From assembly GCA_019114705.1 (NCBI GenBank), contig DXEX01000189.1, forward strand, positions 1 to 54,121: a stretch of DNA of 54,121 bases, in the 5' to 3' direction. How positions within the stretch are numbered: position 1 is the first letter of the stretch; every line of letters begins with the position of its first letter. The position numbers and the translations under genes were made by a program. The notes below the pieces were generated by a model, which did no database searches, had not been told where the DNA came from, and saw only the letters and a program-made list of their open reading frames with translations. Of the stretch, positions 1-11,514 are shown one piece after another. Origin of the DNA: Candidatus Blautia gallistercoris. GTDB taxonomy: Bacteria; Bacillota; Clostridia; Lachnospirales; Lachnospiraceae.

Positions 1-75
1 TTTTGTTTGGGAATTTGTATATAATAGAAGAGAGAAAAGTAAATCAAATTGCAGCGTAAAGAAATGGAGGTACAG

Positions 76-2601
76 ATGAAAGCATTAAAATTAAGAGATA
101 ATTTTTACTGGACCGGGATTGTGGACGAGAACCTGCGGGTATTTGATATTATCATGTATACAGAATTTGGAACCACTTATAATTCGTATGTGATGAAAGC
201 AGGGGATCAGACAATCCTGTTTGAGACGGCAAAAGCAAAGTTTTTTGATGAGTATCTGGAGAAATTAAAAGAAGTCACAGATGTGACAAAAATCGATTAT
301 CTGGTGGTGAGCCACACAGAGCCGGATCACGCAGGCAGTGTGGAGAGGCTTCTGGAATTGAATCCGGGACTGAAGATCATTGCCACGGGATGTGCCATTG
401 GATTTCTGAAAGAAATTGTAAATGGAGATTTTACGGCTATTGCGGTGAAGGATGACCAGGAGATGAAGATAGGAGATAAGACCCTTCGGTTCCTGGTGCT
501 GCCCAATCTCCACTGGCCGGATACCATGTACACGTACATTGAGGAAGAGCAGATTCTGGTGACCTGTGATTCCTTCGGTTCTCACTATGGCTTCCAGGAT
601 GTGCTCATGAGTAAGGTTACAGATATGGAAGGCTATATGCGTGCCACCAAATATTATTTTGACAACATTATCGGACCTTTTAAGCCTTATATGAATAAAG
701 CGCTGGATCGTATTGCGGATCTGGATATTTCCATGATCTGTACTGGACATGGACCGGTACTGGATGATAAGGTGGATTTTATTATCCAGACGTACCGGGA
801 ATGGTGTACAGTGGTGAATCCCAATCAGAAGAAGACCGTGGTGATTCCTTACGTGACTGCGTATGGCTACACAGGGACCCTGGCAGAAGAAATTGCCAGA
901 GGAATCCGTGACAGTGGTGATATTGATGTGCGCTGCTATGATATGGTGGAGGCAGATCAGGGAAAAGTTCTGGAAGAGCTTGGATTTGCAGACGGGATCC
1001 TGTTTGGTACGCCTACCATTGTAGGGGAAGCGCTGAAGCCGATCTGGGATCTGACCACATCCATATTTGCCGGAACCCATGGCGGGAAGCTGGCCAGTGC
1101 CTTTGGAAGCTATGGATGGAGCGGGGAAGGTGTTCCCCACATTATCGAACGTCTGAAGCAGCTGCGCATGAATGTGGTGGACGGCTTCCGGGTACGTTTC
1201 AAACCCAGTGAGTCACAGCTGGTGGACGCTTATGAGTATGGATACCAGTTCGGCTGTACTCTGCAGAACAAAGAAAATCCCAAGAAGACGGGACCGAGAA
1301 AGCTGGTAAAATGTGTGATCTGCGGGGAGATTTTCGATTCTTCCATCGAAATCTGTCCGGTGTGCGGAGCGGGAAAAGAGCATTTTGTTCCTGCGGATGT
1401 GGAAGAAAATGAGTTCCATAATGATACAGAGAATTTCTATGTGATCCTGGGCAACGGTGTGGCAGGATTCCAGGCGGCAAAAGCGGTCAGAGAAAGGGAT
1501 AAGACAGGCCGGATCGTGATGATCTCCAACGAACCCTGTTCTTCCTATAATCGTCCGATGCTGACCAAATCCATTATGGCGGGACTGGATGCCGACCAGA
1601 TCGCTATTGAGGATCAGCAGTGGTATGAGGAAAATCAGATCATCCAGGTATTGGGCAAAACAGTAACTTCCATTGACCCGAATGCCCGGGAAGTGGTTCT
1701 GGATGACGGTATGAAACTGCGGTATGACAAGCTGATCTATGCACTGGGTTCCGAATGCGTGATCCCTCCCATCAAAGGAGCTGACAAGGAGCAGGTAGTG
1801 GCGATCCGCAGACTGAGCGATACCCGGAAGGTTGCTGCCATGCTTCCCAATGTGAAAAACGCAGTGGTGATCGGCGGAGGCGTGCTGGGTCTGGAGGCTG
1901 CCTGGGAGATTCGGAAAGCAAAATGCAGTGTAACTGTACTGGAGCTGGCTCCCAGCCTGATGGGCAGACAGCTGGATCAGGCGGCGTCTGATATACTGAA
2001 AGCGGCGGCGGAAAGCCAGGGCGTTCATATTATGACGGGTGTGCAGATTGAAGAGATCGAAGGAGACGGGCAGGTAACCGGTGTACGTCTGGCGGACGGC
2101 CAGGTGATCAAAGCAGATATGGTGATCATGTCCTGCGGCGTTCGGGCCAATGTGGCTCTGGCAAAAGAGATTTCCATGGATACAGACCGGGCAGTGATCG
2201 TAGATGAAAAGATGCAGACCAGTATTCCCGGCATTTATGCCTGCGGAGACTGTGCCCAGTTTGAGGGTGTGAATTACGCGATCTGGCCGGAGGCTCTGGA
2301 GCAGGGCAAGGTGGCAGGCGCCAATGCGGCCGGAGACACACTGACTTATGAACCGGTACCGGCGGCCATCAATTTCCACGGCATGAATACCGCATTGTAT
2401 GCAGCGGGAGATAACGGCAAGAATCCGAATCTCATTTACCGGACAGTGGAATTTAAGGATATGGCAAGAAAACAGTATCAGAAGCTGTATTTCCTGAACA
2501 ACCGTCTCTGCGGCGTGATCCTGATCGGAGATGTGAGCCGGATGACAGAATTGTCTCAGGCTCTGGAAGACCATGCTTCCTATCAGAAGCTCTTTGGCTG
2601 A
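76..2601 (+). CDS. Multidomain flavodiiron protein (FprA-type core + short rubredoxin + NAD(P)H:rubredoxin oxidoreductase), O2/NO reductase
   Basis: Diiron ligands HTEPDH, LHWPD, CD, GHG; flavodoxin motifs (YVTAYGYT, AFGSYGWSGEG); rubredoxin CVIC..CPVC; two Rossmann motifs GNGVAG and GGGVLGLE; GGAGG before ATG 76. Confidence 0.92.
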   Translation: MKALKLRDNFYWTGIVDENLRVFDIIMYTEFGTTYNSYVMKAGDQTILFETAKAKFFDEYLEKLKEVTDVTKIDYLVVSHTEPDHAGSVERLLELNPGLKIIATGCAIGFLKEIVNGDFTAIAVKDDQEMKIGDKTLRFLVLPNLHWPDTMYTYIEEEQILVTCDSFGSHYGFQDVLMSKVTDMEGYMRATKYYFDNIIGPFKPYMNKALDRIADLDISMICTGHGPVLDDKVDFIIQTYREWCTVVNPNQKKTVVIPYVTAYGYTGTLAEEIARGIRDSGDIDVRCYDMVEADQGKVLEELGFADGILFGTPTIVGEALKPIWDLTTSIFAGTHGGKLASAFGSYGWSGEGVPHIIERLKQLRMNVVDGFRVRFKPSESQLVDAYEYGYQFGCTLQNKENPKKTGPRKLVKCVICGEIFDSSIEICPVCGAGKEHFVPADVEENEFHNDTENFYVILGNGVAGFQAAKAVRERDKTGRIVMISNEPCSSYNRPMLTKSIMAGLDADQIAIEDQQWYEENQIIQVLGKTVTSIDPNAREVVLDDGMKLRYDKLIYALGSECVIPPIKGADKEQVVAIRRLSDTRKVAAMLPNVKNAVVIGGGVLGLEAAWEIRKAKCSVTVLELAPSLMGRQLDQAASDILKAAAESQGVHIMTGVQIEEIEGDGQVTGVRLADGQVIKADMVIMSCGVRANVALAKEISMDTDRAVIVDEKMQTSIPGIYACGDCAQFEGVNYAIWPEALEQGKVAGANAAGDTLTYEPVPAAINFHGMNTALYAAGDNGKNPNLIYRTVEFKDMARKQYQKLYFLNNRLCGVILIGDVSRMTELSQALEDHASYQKLFG

Positions 2602-2682
2602 TGACAGAAGGCGGCAGGGGATGCATGGGTCAAAAACCGATGCAAAGGATATCAGAATGACACAGGAGCAAAAGAAACAGAT

Positions 2683-4017
2683 ATGTATCGTTTAACATCA
2701 AAATTAATTATTTACCGGAATATCGGCAGGGACAGTATTTTATTCCGGTTATCGGAAATCTGCCAGAAATTTGCAGAGGGAAATTATGAAAAAGAGGCGC
2801 TGATCACAGATATACTGGATCAGATCCATCATCTGCTGGATCTGGCCACCAAATATGGGTTTGATCAGAATCTCTGGCATAATTACCTGGCATTCCTGCT
2901 GGCCACCACGGAAAATCCCTTTACCCTGGTGTCGGAAAAGGTGGGAGCCAACAGAGGAAGTGTGAACCAGTTTGCCCGGAATGATTTCGCAATCTTCCGG
3001 AAGCTGTTTGACTATGATTTTTCACCCATGGAAAAAGAACTGGGGATCAACTGTTTTTCCATCATTGAGAATTACCAGGCGGTGGGGAAGAAAGAACAGA
3101 TCTTTAATAAGAGCGTCAGTGAAAAAGTGCAGGAGCTGAGCCGGAAATTTGCGGGCGCAAAGGATGAAGAAGAGATCTATCGGATCGTCACAGATTTCTA
3201 TAAGGACTATGGCGTTGGAAAATTCGGCTTGAACAAAGCCTTTCGGATTGCCCACGACGGCGGCCCGGAATTTCTGATTCCCATAACCACCACAGGCGAT
3301 GTGGTGCTGGATGACCTGGTGGGATATGAACTGCAGAAGAAAAAACTGATCCAGAATACGGAGGCGTTTGTGCAGGGCCGAAGGGCCAACAATGTACTTC
3401 TGTTTGGGGATGCGGGAACCGGCAAATCCACCAGCATCAAGGCTATCCTGAACCAGTATTACAGCCAGGGACTCCGGATGATCGAGGTTTACAAGCATGA
3501 GTTTAAGGATCTTTCCCGGATTATTTCTGAGATTAAGAATCGGAATTACCGCTTTATCATTTATATGGATGATCTTTCGTTTGAGGAGTTTGAAATTGAG
3601 TACAAATACTTAAAGGCAGTGATCGAAGGCGGCCTGGAGACAAAACCGGAAAATGTGCTGATCTATGCCACTTCCAACCGGAGACATCTGATTCGGGAGA
3701 CCTGGAACGACCGTTCCGATATGCAGAATGAGGAAGGACTTCACCGTTCCGATACCATGCAGGAGAAGCTTTCCCTGGTGGCCAGATTTGGTGTGACCAT
3801 CGGATATTACAAACCAACCCAGAAAGAATATTTCCATATCGTGACCACGCTGGCTGCGCGGCACCCGGAGATCACTCTGTCAGAAGAGGAGCTTGCGGCA
3901 GAGGCAAATAAATGGGAGATGAGTCATGGAGGCATCTCCGGACGCACGGCTCAGCAGTTTATCAATTATCTGATCGGACTTGCGCCGGTCTGTGAAGAAC
4001 AAACAGCAGTTGAATAA
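2683..4017 (+). CDS. AAA+ ATP-binding protein, DUF815 family
   Basis: Walker [27 protein letters not shown] and C-terminal SGRTAQQF motifs. Confidence 0.85.
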   Translation: MYRLTSKLIIYRNIGRDSILFRLSEICQKFAEGNYEKEALITDILDQIHHLLDLATKYGFDQNLWHNYLAFLLATTENPFTLVSEKVGANRGSVNQFARNDFAIFRKLFDYDFSPMEKELGINCFSIIENYQAVGKKEQIFNKSVSEKVQELSRKFAGAKDEEEIYRIVTDFYKDYGVGKFGLNKAFRIAHDGGPEFLIPITTTGDVVLDDLVGYELQKKKLIQNTEAFVQGRRANNVLLFGDAGTGKSTSIKAILNQYYSQGLRMIEVYKHEFKDLSRIISEIKNRNYRFIIYMDDLSFEEFEIEYKYLKAVIEGGLETKPENVLIYATSNRRHLIRETWNDRSDMQNEEGLHRSDTMQEKLSLVARFGVTIGYYKPTQKEYFHIVTTLAARHPEITLSEEELAAEANKWEMSHGGISGRTAQQFINYLIGLAPVCEEQTAVE

Positions 4018-4283
4018 AAGCAATGAAAGCCGACCTGGTTTCTGTTCCAGGCCCTGTGCGGACAGGGCCGGAACAGGTGCCAGCCCGGGAAAAGACAAGA
4101 TCCCCCGTATTTTCTCAAAAGAGTATGAAATGCGGGGGTTGAGTTTTCCTGTCAGGTATGATAAAGTATGTCTATGATTTTATCTTAACATTCAGAGATG
4201 ATATGATCTGAGTTTCGTTGGCGAATCGCCAGATAATCCTCTAAAAGAATTGAAAGTGAATAGAAACAGGAACGAGGTTGCGT

Positions 4284-5729
4284 ATGAGAGAAAAATATGA
4301 ATCATTATCACTTACCGTTTTGCGGGACTTGGCAAAAGCCAGGGGGATGAAAGGAATCTCCACCCTGAAGAAAGGTCAGTTGATAGAAGCGATGCTGCTG
4401 GAAGATGAGAAAGATAAAAAAGAAAGCAGTGATAAAAAAGAAGAGAAAAAAGAGGAGAGAGAAGAGCGAAGAGAAGAGAGAAGGGAGCGGACATCTGCCG
4501 CCCATACAGAGGAGAACAGCCATGAAGAAGAACGGCCCCGGGAAATCCGGCCCAGGACCATTGAGCGTGAGGGAAAGGCTCCTCTGGATACTACTCAGCT
4601 GGACAGCGGAGAGAAGGCCAATGGGATCCTGGAAGTCCTGCCGGACGGCTATGGATTCATCCGCTGCGAGAACTATCTTCCGGGAGAAAATGACATTTAT
4701 GTGTCTCCCTCTCAGATCCGACGTTTTAATCTGAAGACAGGAGATATCCTGCAGGGAAATATCCGGGTGAAGACCCAGAGTGAGAAATTCAGCGCCCTTC
4801 TGTATGTGACATCCATTAACGGAGTAAGCCCTAATGAAAGCTCCAAGAGGTATAATTTTGAAGACATGACGCCGGTCTTCCCCAATGAGCGGCTGGTGCT
4901 GGAACGGCCGGGAGGAAGCCTGGCCATGCGGATCGTGGATCTGATCAGCCCCATCGGCAAAGGACAGAGAGGAATGATCGTTTCTCCGCCCAAGGCAGGT
5001 AAGACGACTCTGCTGAAAGATGCGGCCAAATCTATCTTGAAAAACAATCCCCAGATGCATCTGATCATTCTGCTGATCGACGAGCGTCCGGAAGAGGTGA
5101 CGGATATCCGGGAAGCCATCCAGGGGAAAAATGTGGAAGTGATCTACTCCACCTTTGATGAATTGCCGGAGCATCACAAACGTGTTTCGGAAATGGTGAT
5201 CGAACGGGCCAAGCGTCTGGTAGAACATAAAAAAGATGTGACGATCCTGCTGGATAGCATTACCCGTCTGGCCAGAGCCTATAACCTGATCATTCCGCCC
5301 AGCGGCCGTACGCTGTCCGGCGGTCTGGATCCGGCGGCCCTGTATATGCCTAAGCGTTTCTTCGGAGCAGCCCGGAATATGCGGGAGGGCGGAAGTCTTA
5401 CGATCCTGGCTACAGCTCTGGTGGACACAGGCAGCAAAATGGACGATGTGATCTATGAGGAATTCAAGGGCACCGGCAATATGGAACTGATCCTGGACCG
5501 GAAGCTTCAGGAGAAGAGAGTGTTCCCGGCCATTGATATCCAGAAGTCCGGGACCAGAAGAGAAGACCTGCTGCTGACCCGGGAAGAGCAGGAAGCGGTC
5601 TACCATATGCGTAAGGCTTTAAATGGAATGAAAGCCGATGAGGCGGTGGAACAGATTCTGAACATGTTTTCCCGTACCAGGAACAACTGGGAATTTGTAC
5701 AGATGGTTAAAAAACAAAAATTTGTATAA
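4284..5729 (+). CDS. rho: Transcription termination factor Rho with charged N-terminal insertion
   Basis: [67 protein letters not shown]; GAGG before ATG 4284. Confidence 0.98.
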   Translation: MREKYESLSLTVLRDLAKARGMKGISTLKKGQLIEAMLLEDEKDKKESSDKKEEKKEEREERREERRERTSAAHTEENSHEEERPREIRPRTIEREGKAPLDTTQLDSGEKANGILEVLPDGYGFIRCENYLPGENDIYVSPSQIRRFNLKTGDILQGNIRVKTQSEKFSALLYVTSINGVSPNESSKRYNFEDMTPVFPNERLVLERPGGSLAMRIVDLISPIGKGQRGMIVSPPKAGKTTLLKDAAKSILKNNPQMHLIILLIDERPEEVTDIREAIQGKNVEVIYSTFDELPEHHKRVSEMVIERAKRLVEHKKDVTILLDSITRLARAYNLIIPPSGRTLSGGLDPAALYMPKRFFGAARNMREGGSLTILATALVDTGSKMDDVIYEEFKGTGNMELILDRKLQEKRVFPAIDIQKSGTRREDLLLTREEQEAVYHMRKALNGMKADEAVEQILNMFSRTRNNWEFVQMVKKQKFV

Positions 5730-5734
5730 AGCAG

Positions 5735-5763
5735 TTGCATTTATAAATAGAATGTGCTATAAT
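5735..5763 (+). promoter_or_regulatory. sigmaA-type promoter of rpmE
   Basis: TTGCAT-N17-TATAAT with extended TG. Confidence 0.75.
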
Positions 5764-5841
5764 TTGTAAGCTGTTTATAGAAAAGAATAGCGTTTATCAA
5801 AATATGAGATAAAGACTATAGAACATAGAGAGGTGAAAAAA

Positions 5842-6048
5842 ATGAAAGAAGGTATCCATCCAAACTATTATCAGGCTACCGTAACCTGCAACTGCGGCAA
5901 TACATTTACAACAGGTTCTACAAAGCAGGACATCCACGTGGAAATCTGTTCCAAATGTCATCCATTCTACACAGGACAGCAGAAGGCTGCACAGGCACGC
6001 GGACGTATTGATAAGTTTAATAAGAAATACGGAATCAAAGCACAGTAA
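5842..6048 (+). CDS. rpmE: 50S ribosomal protein L31, zinc-binding (C+) type
   Basis: [33 protein letters not shown]; GAGGTG RBS. Confidence 0.98.
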   Translation: MKEGIHPNYYQATVTCNCGNTFTTGSTKQDIHVEICSKCHPFYTGQQKAAQARGRIDKFNKKYGIKAQ

Positions 6049-6073
6049 TGCAGAACATATGGTAAAGGGGAAC

Positions 6074-6104
6074 AGGTTGAGGTTGATGATAATCTCAACC
6101 TTTT
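6074..6104 (+). terminator. Intrinsic terminator after rpmE
   Basis: AGGTTGAG..CTCAACCT stem followed by a T-rich tract. Confidence 0.65.
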
Positions 6105-6160
6105 CTTGCATATAGAAGAAAAACAGCAAAATATACAGGATTCATTGATTGAGGAATAGT

Positions 6161-7147
6161 ATGAGATCATCGAATATAGGCGGGCAGGCAGTGATGGAAG
6201 GGATCATGATGCGTCACAAAGACAAATATTCCATCGCTGTGCGTAAGCCCAATCAGGAAATAGAGATTAAGGTGGAAGACTACAGGAGCGTTTTGGGCAG
6301 ATTCCGTATCATGAAGCTGCCGATTCTGCGGGGTGTGGCCAGCTTTGTGGATTCTCTGGTGGTGGGGATCCAGTGCCTGATGTATTCGGCGTCTTTTTTT
6401 GAAGAAGAGGAAGATGCAGAGGAAGTACAGTCGGAAGAAGAAAAAGCAGAGCAGGCTAGACGGGAAGAACGTATGAATAAGATCATCATGTATGGGACAG
6501 TGGCTTTTTCCATTGTGCTTTCTGTGGGCCTGTTTATGCTCCTGCCGTATCTTCTGGCCAGTCTGTTTTCCAGACTGGGGGCTTCGGAGGCTGTGATCAC
6601 TGTCATTGAGGCGTTTGTGAAGATTTTTCTTTTTCTGGGATATATGTTTCTGATCTCCAGAATGGAAGATATCCAAAGGGTATTTATGTATCACGGAGCA
6701 GAGCATAAGTGTATCAACTGTGTAGAGCACGGTCTGGACCTGACAGTGGAGAATGTCCTGAAATCTTCCCGGCAGCATAAACGCTGCGGGACCAGTTTTC
6801 TGCTTCTGGTAATGTGTGTCAGTATTGCGGCCCATTTTCTGTTTGTGGCAGTGCCGGTGATGTGGGTACGGGTGGTGGCCCGGATCCTGATGGTGCCGGT
6901 GGTGGCCGGTGTTTCCTATGAGCTGATCCAGTGGGCAGGACGCAGCGACAATCCCATTGCCTGCGCACTGAGCAAACCGGGGCTTGCTCTTCAGAAGCTG
7001 AGTACCAGAGAACCGGACGAATCCATGGCAGAAGTGGCCATTGCCGCCGTGGAAGCCGTCTTTGACTGGAAATCTTATGTGGAAGAGGTACGAAAAGAAG
7101 AAGGATGGGATACGGAACCGGAAGAAGCCGGTGAGGCTGCGTCATGA
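6161..7147 (+). CDS. DUF1385 family membrane protein
   Basis: IGGQAVMEGIMM, YHGAEHK, HKRCGTSF motifs; usual position between rpmE and prmC. Confidence 0.92.
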   Translation: MRSSNIGGQAVMEGIMMRHKDKYSIAVRKPNQEIEIKVEDYRSVLGRFRIMKLPILRGVASFVDSLVVGIQCLMYSASFFEEEEDAEEVQSEEEKAEQARREERMNKIIMYGTVAFSIVLSVGLFMLLPYLLASLFSRLGASEAVITVIEAFVKIFLFLGYMFLISRMEDIQRVFMYHGAEHKCINCVEHGLDLTVENVLKSSRQHKRCGTSFLLLVMCVSIAAHFLFVAVPVMWVRVVARILMVPVVAGVSYELIQWAGRSDNPIACALSKPGLALQKLSTREPDESMAEVAIAAVEAVFDWKSYVEEVRKEEGWDTEPEEAGEAAS

Positions 7148-8004
7148 GTACCTGTGAAGCTCTGCTGGCCTGGGGCAGAGAAGAACTGGGCAGGGCAGAT
7201 GTACCGGAGGCACAGCTGGATGCCTGGTATCTTCTGGAGGAGTGTTCCGGCATGAGCCGTGCGGCGTATTTTCTGCGCTGCAAAGAAGAAATGCCACCGG
7301 AGAAGGAGCGTATCTATCGAGAGTGGATCCGCAGAAGAACAGAACGGATTCCGCTGCAGCATATTCTGGGAAAAGCCTGGTTCATGGGAATGGAGTTTCT
7401 GGTCAGCAATCAGGTGCTGATACCCAGACAGGATACGGAAGTGCTGGTAGAGGAAACGGAGAAATTTCTGCGTCCGGGGATGCGTATTCTGGATATGTGC
7501 ACCGGTTCCGGCTGCATTGTTCTGAGCCTTCTGGCTCTCCATCCGGAGATACAGGGAATTGGAGCAGACTGTTCCGGGGAAGCACTGGAAGTTGCCCGGA
7601 AAAATGCGCAGAAAATGATCCGGGAGGGGAAGATTTCTCCCGGACAGATTCAGTGGATACAGTCGGATTTGTTTTCTGAGGTCACCGGCACGTATTCCCT
7701 TCTGGTTTCCAATCCGCCCTACATACCGACAGGAGAAATAGAGGGACTGATGCCAGAAGTCCGGAATCACGATCCAAAGATAGCCCTGGACGGCCGGGAA
7801 GACGGACTGTATTTTTACCGCAGAATGATCAGAGAGGCAGGACGGGTTCTGGAGCCCGGCGGCCGGGTTTGTTTTGAGATCGGTCATGATCAGGGCAGAG
7901 CTGTGGAGGCCCTGTTAAAAGAAAATCATTTTGCAGAGACGAAAATAATAAAGGACCTGGCAGGTCTGGACCGGGTGGTAACCGCCAGAAGCCGGGGAAT
8001 ATGA
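7144..8004 (+). CDS. prmC: Release factor glutamine methyltransferase
   Basis: LIPRQDTE, LDMCTGSG, SNPPY; adjacent to prfA. Confidence 0.96.
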   Translation: MSTCEALLAWGREELGRADVPEAQLDAWYLLEECSGMSRAAYFLRCKEEMPPEKERIYREWIRRRTERIPLQHILGKAWFMGMEFLVSNQVLIPRQDTEVLVEETEKFLRPGMRILDMCTGSGCIVLSLLALHPEIQGIGADCSGEALEVARKNAQKMIREGKISPGQIQWIQSDLFSEVTGTYSLLVSNPPYIPTGEIEGLMPEVRNHDPKIALDGREDGLYFYRRMIREAGRVLEPGGRVCFEIGHDQGRAVEALLKENHFAETKIIKDLAGLDRVVTARSRGI

Positions 8005-8033
8005 CGAGATACCTGTAAGGAGGAATCGGGAGA

Positions 8034-9107
8034 ATGTTTGACAAATTGGAAGACCTGCTCATTCGTATGGAAGAAATTCTCAGCGAACTGGGTGAGCCGG
8101 ACGTGACAAACGATCAGGAACGCTTTCAGAAGCTGATGAAAGAGCAGAGTGACCTGCAGCCCATTGTGGATGCGTACAGGGAATATAAGGAAAACCAGCA
8201 GACAGTAGAAGACAGCCTGTCCATGCTGGAGGAAGAAAAGGATGAGGATATGCGGGAAATGCTCAAAGAAGAGCTTTCTGAAGCAAAAAAGCGCATTGAA
8301 GAGCTGGAGCACGAACTGAAGATTCTTCTCCTTCCCAAAGATCCCAACGACAATAAGAATGTAATTGTGGAGATCCGCGCCGGTGCCGGCGGCGATGAGG
8401 CGGCTCTTTTCGCCGCAGAGATTTATCGGATGTATGTAAAATATGCGGAGAGTCACCGGTGGAAGACAGAAATGATGAGTCTGAATGAGAATGGGATTGG
8501 AGGATTTAAGGAAGTCACCTTTATGATCAACGGAGCCGGAGCTTATTCACGGCTGAAATATGAAAGCGGTGTGCACCGGGTGCAGCGTGTGCCGGAAACG
8601 GAATCCGGAGGCAGGATCCATACCTCCACAGTTACCGTGGCCATTATGCCGGAAGCAGAGGAAATTGATTTCCATCTGGATCTGAATGACTGTAAATTCG
8701 ATGTTTTCCGGGCATCGGGCAATGGAGGACAGTGTGTAAATACCACGGACTCTGCCGTGCGTCTGACTCATATTCCCACAGGAATCGTTATTTCCTGTCA
8801 GGATGAGAAATCACAGTTGAAGAACAAGGATAAGGCATTGAAGGTATTGCGTTCCCGTCTGTATGAGATGGAACTGGCAAAACAGCATGACGCGGAGGCA
8901 GAGGCCAGGCGGAGTCAGATCGGTACGGGAGACCGTTCGGAAAAAATACGGACCTACAATTTTCCGCAGGGCAGGGTAACGGATCACAGAATCAAACTGA
9001 CGCTGCATCGTCTGGAAAATATCCTGAACGGAGATCTGGAGGAGATTATCGACAGTCTGATCGCGGCAGATCAGGCGGCGAAACTGGCTCATCTGCAGGA
9101 ACAATAA
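8034..9107 (+). CDS. prfA: Peptide chain release factor 1
   Basis: GGQ motif, PET (PxT) specificity tripeptide in [23 protein letters not shown]. Confidence 0.98.
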   Translation: MFDKLEDLLIRMEEILSELGEPDVTNDQERFQKLMKEQSDLQPIVDAYREYKENQQTVEDSLSMLEEEKDEDMREMLKEELSEAKKRIEELEHELKILLLPKDPNDNKNVIVEIRAGAGGDEAALFAAEIYRMYVKYAESHRWKTEMMSLNENGIGGFKEVTFMINGAGAYSRLKYESGVHRVQRVPETESGGRIHTSTVTVAIMPEAEEIDFHLDLNDCKFDVFRASGNGGQCVNTTDSAVRLTHIPTGIVISCQDEKSQLKNKDKALKVLRSRLYEMELAKQHDAEAEARRSQIGTGDRSEKIRTYNFPQGRVTDHRIKLTLHRLENILNGDLEEIIDSLIAADQAAKLAHLQEQ

Positions 9108-9156
9108 GGGGAAAACAAAGAGGTATTGAGGTTTTACAAGGATAAAGGAGATAGGT

Positions 9157-10077
9157 GTGAAAAAAACAGCATTAGTCATTATGGCTGCGGGAATCGGCAG
9201 CAGGTTTAGCAAAGGAATCAAGCAGCTGGCACAGGTGGGCCCCAGTGGAGAGATTATTATGGATTATTCCATACATGATGCATTGGAGGCCGGATTTAAC
9301 AAGGTGGTTTTTATTATCCGGAAGGATCTGGAGGAAGCGTTCCGGCAGATGATTGGAAAAAGGATCGAAACCATTACAGAGGTGGCGTATGTATTTCAGG
9401 AAAAAGAGGATCTGCCGGAGGGATTTTCCTGTCCGGAGGACCGTGTAAAACCCTGGGGGACAGGACAGGCAGTGCTGGCCTGCAGGAAAGTGCTGAAGGA
9501 ACCTTTTGTGGTGATCAATGCAGACGATTACTATGGAAAAGAAGCTTTTGTAAAGGTTTATCAATACCTGACAGAAGAACGGAAGAAACAGGATACCCTG
9601 CACATCTGTATGGCCGGATTTGTGCTGGGAAATACGCTCAGTGATAACGGTGCGGTGACCAGGGGTATCTGTTCAGTGGATGAGGCAGGCAAGCTGACCG
9701 GGATCCAGGAGACCAGAAATGTGGTGAAAACCCCGGAGGGAGCGGCAGTCCGATTGGAAAACGGAGGATTGCAGCCGCTGGATGCGGGAAAACTGGTGTC
9801 CATGAACATGTGGGGGCTGACACCGGATTTTATGAAATATCTGGAGCAGGGCTTTGTAAAATTCCTGAAATCCCTGCCGGAAGATGAACGGAAGGCAGAA
9901 TACCTTCTGCCGGAAGTGGTGGATGATCTTCTGCAGCGGGGAATTCTGCAGGTAGACGTGCTGAAATCCAACGATAGCTGGTTTGGTGTGACCTACCAGG
10001 AAGACCGGGAGATCGTGGAAGCGTCTTTCCGGCGTCTGGTGGATGCAGGAGTATATCCGGAGAACCTGTATGGCTGA
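9157..10077 (+). CDS. Sugar-phosphate nucleotidyltransferase family protein
   Basis: MAAGIGSRF, KPWGTGQA, INADDYYG motifs; GTG start after GGAG. Confidence 0.85.
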   Translation: MKKTALVIMAAGIGSRFSKGIKQLAQVGPSGEIIMDYSIHDALEAGFNKVVFIIRKDLEEAFRQMIGKRIETITEVAYVFQEKEDLPEGFSCPEDRVKPWGTGQAVLACRKVLKEPFVVINADDYYGKEAFVKVYQYLTEERKKQDTLHICMAGFVLGNTLSDNGAVTRGICSVDEAGKLTGIQETRNVVKTPEGAAVRLENGGLQPLDAGKLVSMNMWGLTPDFMKYLEQGFVKFLKSLPEDERKAEYLLPEVVDDLLQRGILQVDVLKSNDSWFGVTYQEDREIVEASFRRLVDAGVYPENLYG

Positions 10078-10136
10078 CCGCAGTGTTGTTCTGTGGCAGA
10101 AAAAGGGAAATATAGAGTAGAAAAGAGGAATGAAAA

Positions 10137-11480
10137 ATGGGTAAATATTTTGGAACAGACGGCTTCCGCGGAGAGGCAAATGTGGTTTTAACAGTGGATC
10201 ATGCGTTTAAAGTAGGACGATTTCTGGGATGGTATTACGGACAGGAACACAAAGCCAAGATTGTGATCGGTAAGGATACCAGAAGAAGCAGCTATATGTT
10301 CGAATACGCGCTGGTTGCCGGACTGACGGCTTCCGGAGCAGACGCGTATCTGCTGCATGTGACTACGACGCCCAGTGTTTCCTATGCGGTACGCACAGAG
10401 GACTTTGACTGCGGTATTATGATCTCTGCAAGCCACAATCCATTTTATGATAACGGGATCAAAATTATTGACGGAAACGGACAGAAAATCGCGGCAGAGA
10501 TCGAAGAGAAGATCGAAAGCTATATCGACGGCGAGATCGGGGAGCTTCCGCTGGCAGTGAGAGAAGCCGTGGGACGTACTGTGGATTTCGCATCCGGCAG
10601 AAACCGTTATATCGGTTATCTGATCTCTATTCCGTCCCGGGATTTCAAAAATCTGAAGATTGGCCTGGACTGTTCCAACGGCAGCGCTTCTTCCATTGCC
10701 AAAAGCGTGTTTGACGCGCTCCGGGCAAAGACCTACGTGATCAACAATGATCCGGATGGAACCAATATCAATGCCAACTGCGGATCCACGCATATTGAAG
10801 TACTGCAGAAATATGTGGTAGATCATGAGCTGGATCTTGGATTTGCTTACGATGGTGATGCGGACCGCTGTATCGCTGTGGATCATCTGGGCAACGTGAT
10901 CGACGGAGATTACATCATGTATATCTGTGGTAAATATTTAAAGGAACAGAATAAACTGAACAACAACACAGTGGTGACTACTGTTATGTCCAACCTTGGA
11001 CTGTACAAAGCGCTGGAGCGAGAGGGAATTTCTTATGTGCAGACTGCTGTGGGTGATAAATACGTCAGCGAAAATATGCTGAGCAACGGACACAGCATCG
11101 GCGGAGAACAGTCGGGACATATTATCTTCAGCCGCTATGCGGCAACCGGAGACGGTATCCTGACATCTCTGATGGTGACAGAGACGATGGTGGAAAAGAA
11201 ATCTACCCTTCATGATCTGGCAAAAGAATTGACAATTTATCCCCAGCTGCTGCAGAATGTCCGGGTGTCCGATAAAAAGACGGCCCGGGAAAACCCGGCG
11301 GTAAAAGAAGCTGTGGAAGCAGTGGCCAGAGCTCTTGGCGAAGACGGCAGGATCCTGGTGCGGGAAAGCGGCACAGAGCCGGTGATTCGTGTGATGGTGG
11401 AGGCATCCACAGACGAGCTTTGCAAGAAGTATGTAGAGCAGGTTGTACAGGTCATCCATGAGGAAGGACTGGCGGTCTGA
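10137..11480 (+). CDS. glmM: Phosphoglucosamine mutase
   Basis: FGTDGFRG, ISASHNP (phospho-Ser), DGDADR, GGEQSGH, RESGTEP. Confidence 0.96.
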   Translation: MGKYFGTDGFRGEANVVLTVDHAFKVGRFLGWYYGQEHKAKIVIGKDTRRSSYMFEYALVAGLTASGADAYLLHVTTTPSVSYAVRTEDFDCGIMISASHNPFYDNGIKIIDGNGQKIAAEIEEKIESYIDGEIGELPLAVREAVGRTVDFASGRNRYIGYLISIPSRDFKNLKIGLDCSNGSASSIAKSVFDALRAKTYVINNDPDGTNINANCGSTHIEVLQKYVVDHELDLGFAYDGDADRCIAVDHLGNVIDGDYIMYICGKYLKEQNKLNNNTVVTTVMSNLGLYKALEREGISYVQTAVGDKYVSENMLSNGHSIGGEQSGHIIFSRYAATGDGILTSLMVTETMVEKKSTLHDLAKELTIYPQLLQNVRVSDKKTARENPAVKEAVEAVARALGEDGRILVRESGTEPVIRVMVEASTDELCKKYVEQVVQVIHEEGLAV

Positions 11481-11514
11481 TCCTCTGGGAACAGCACAGG
11501 AAGTCAGGAGATTT

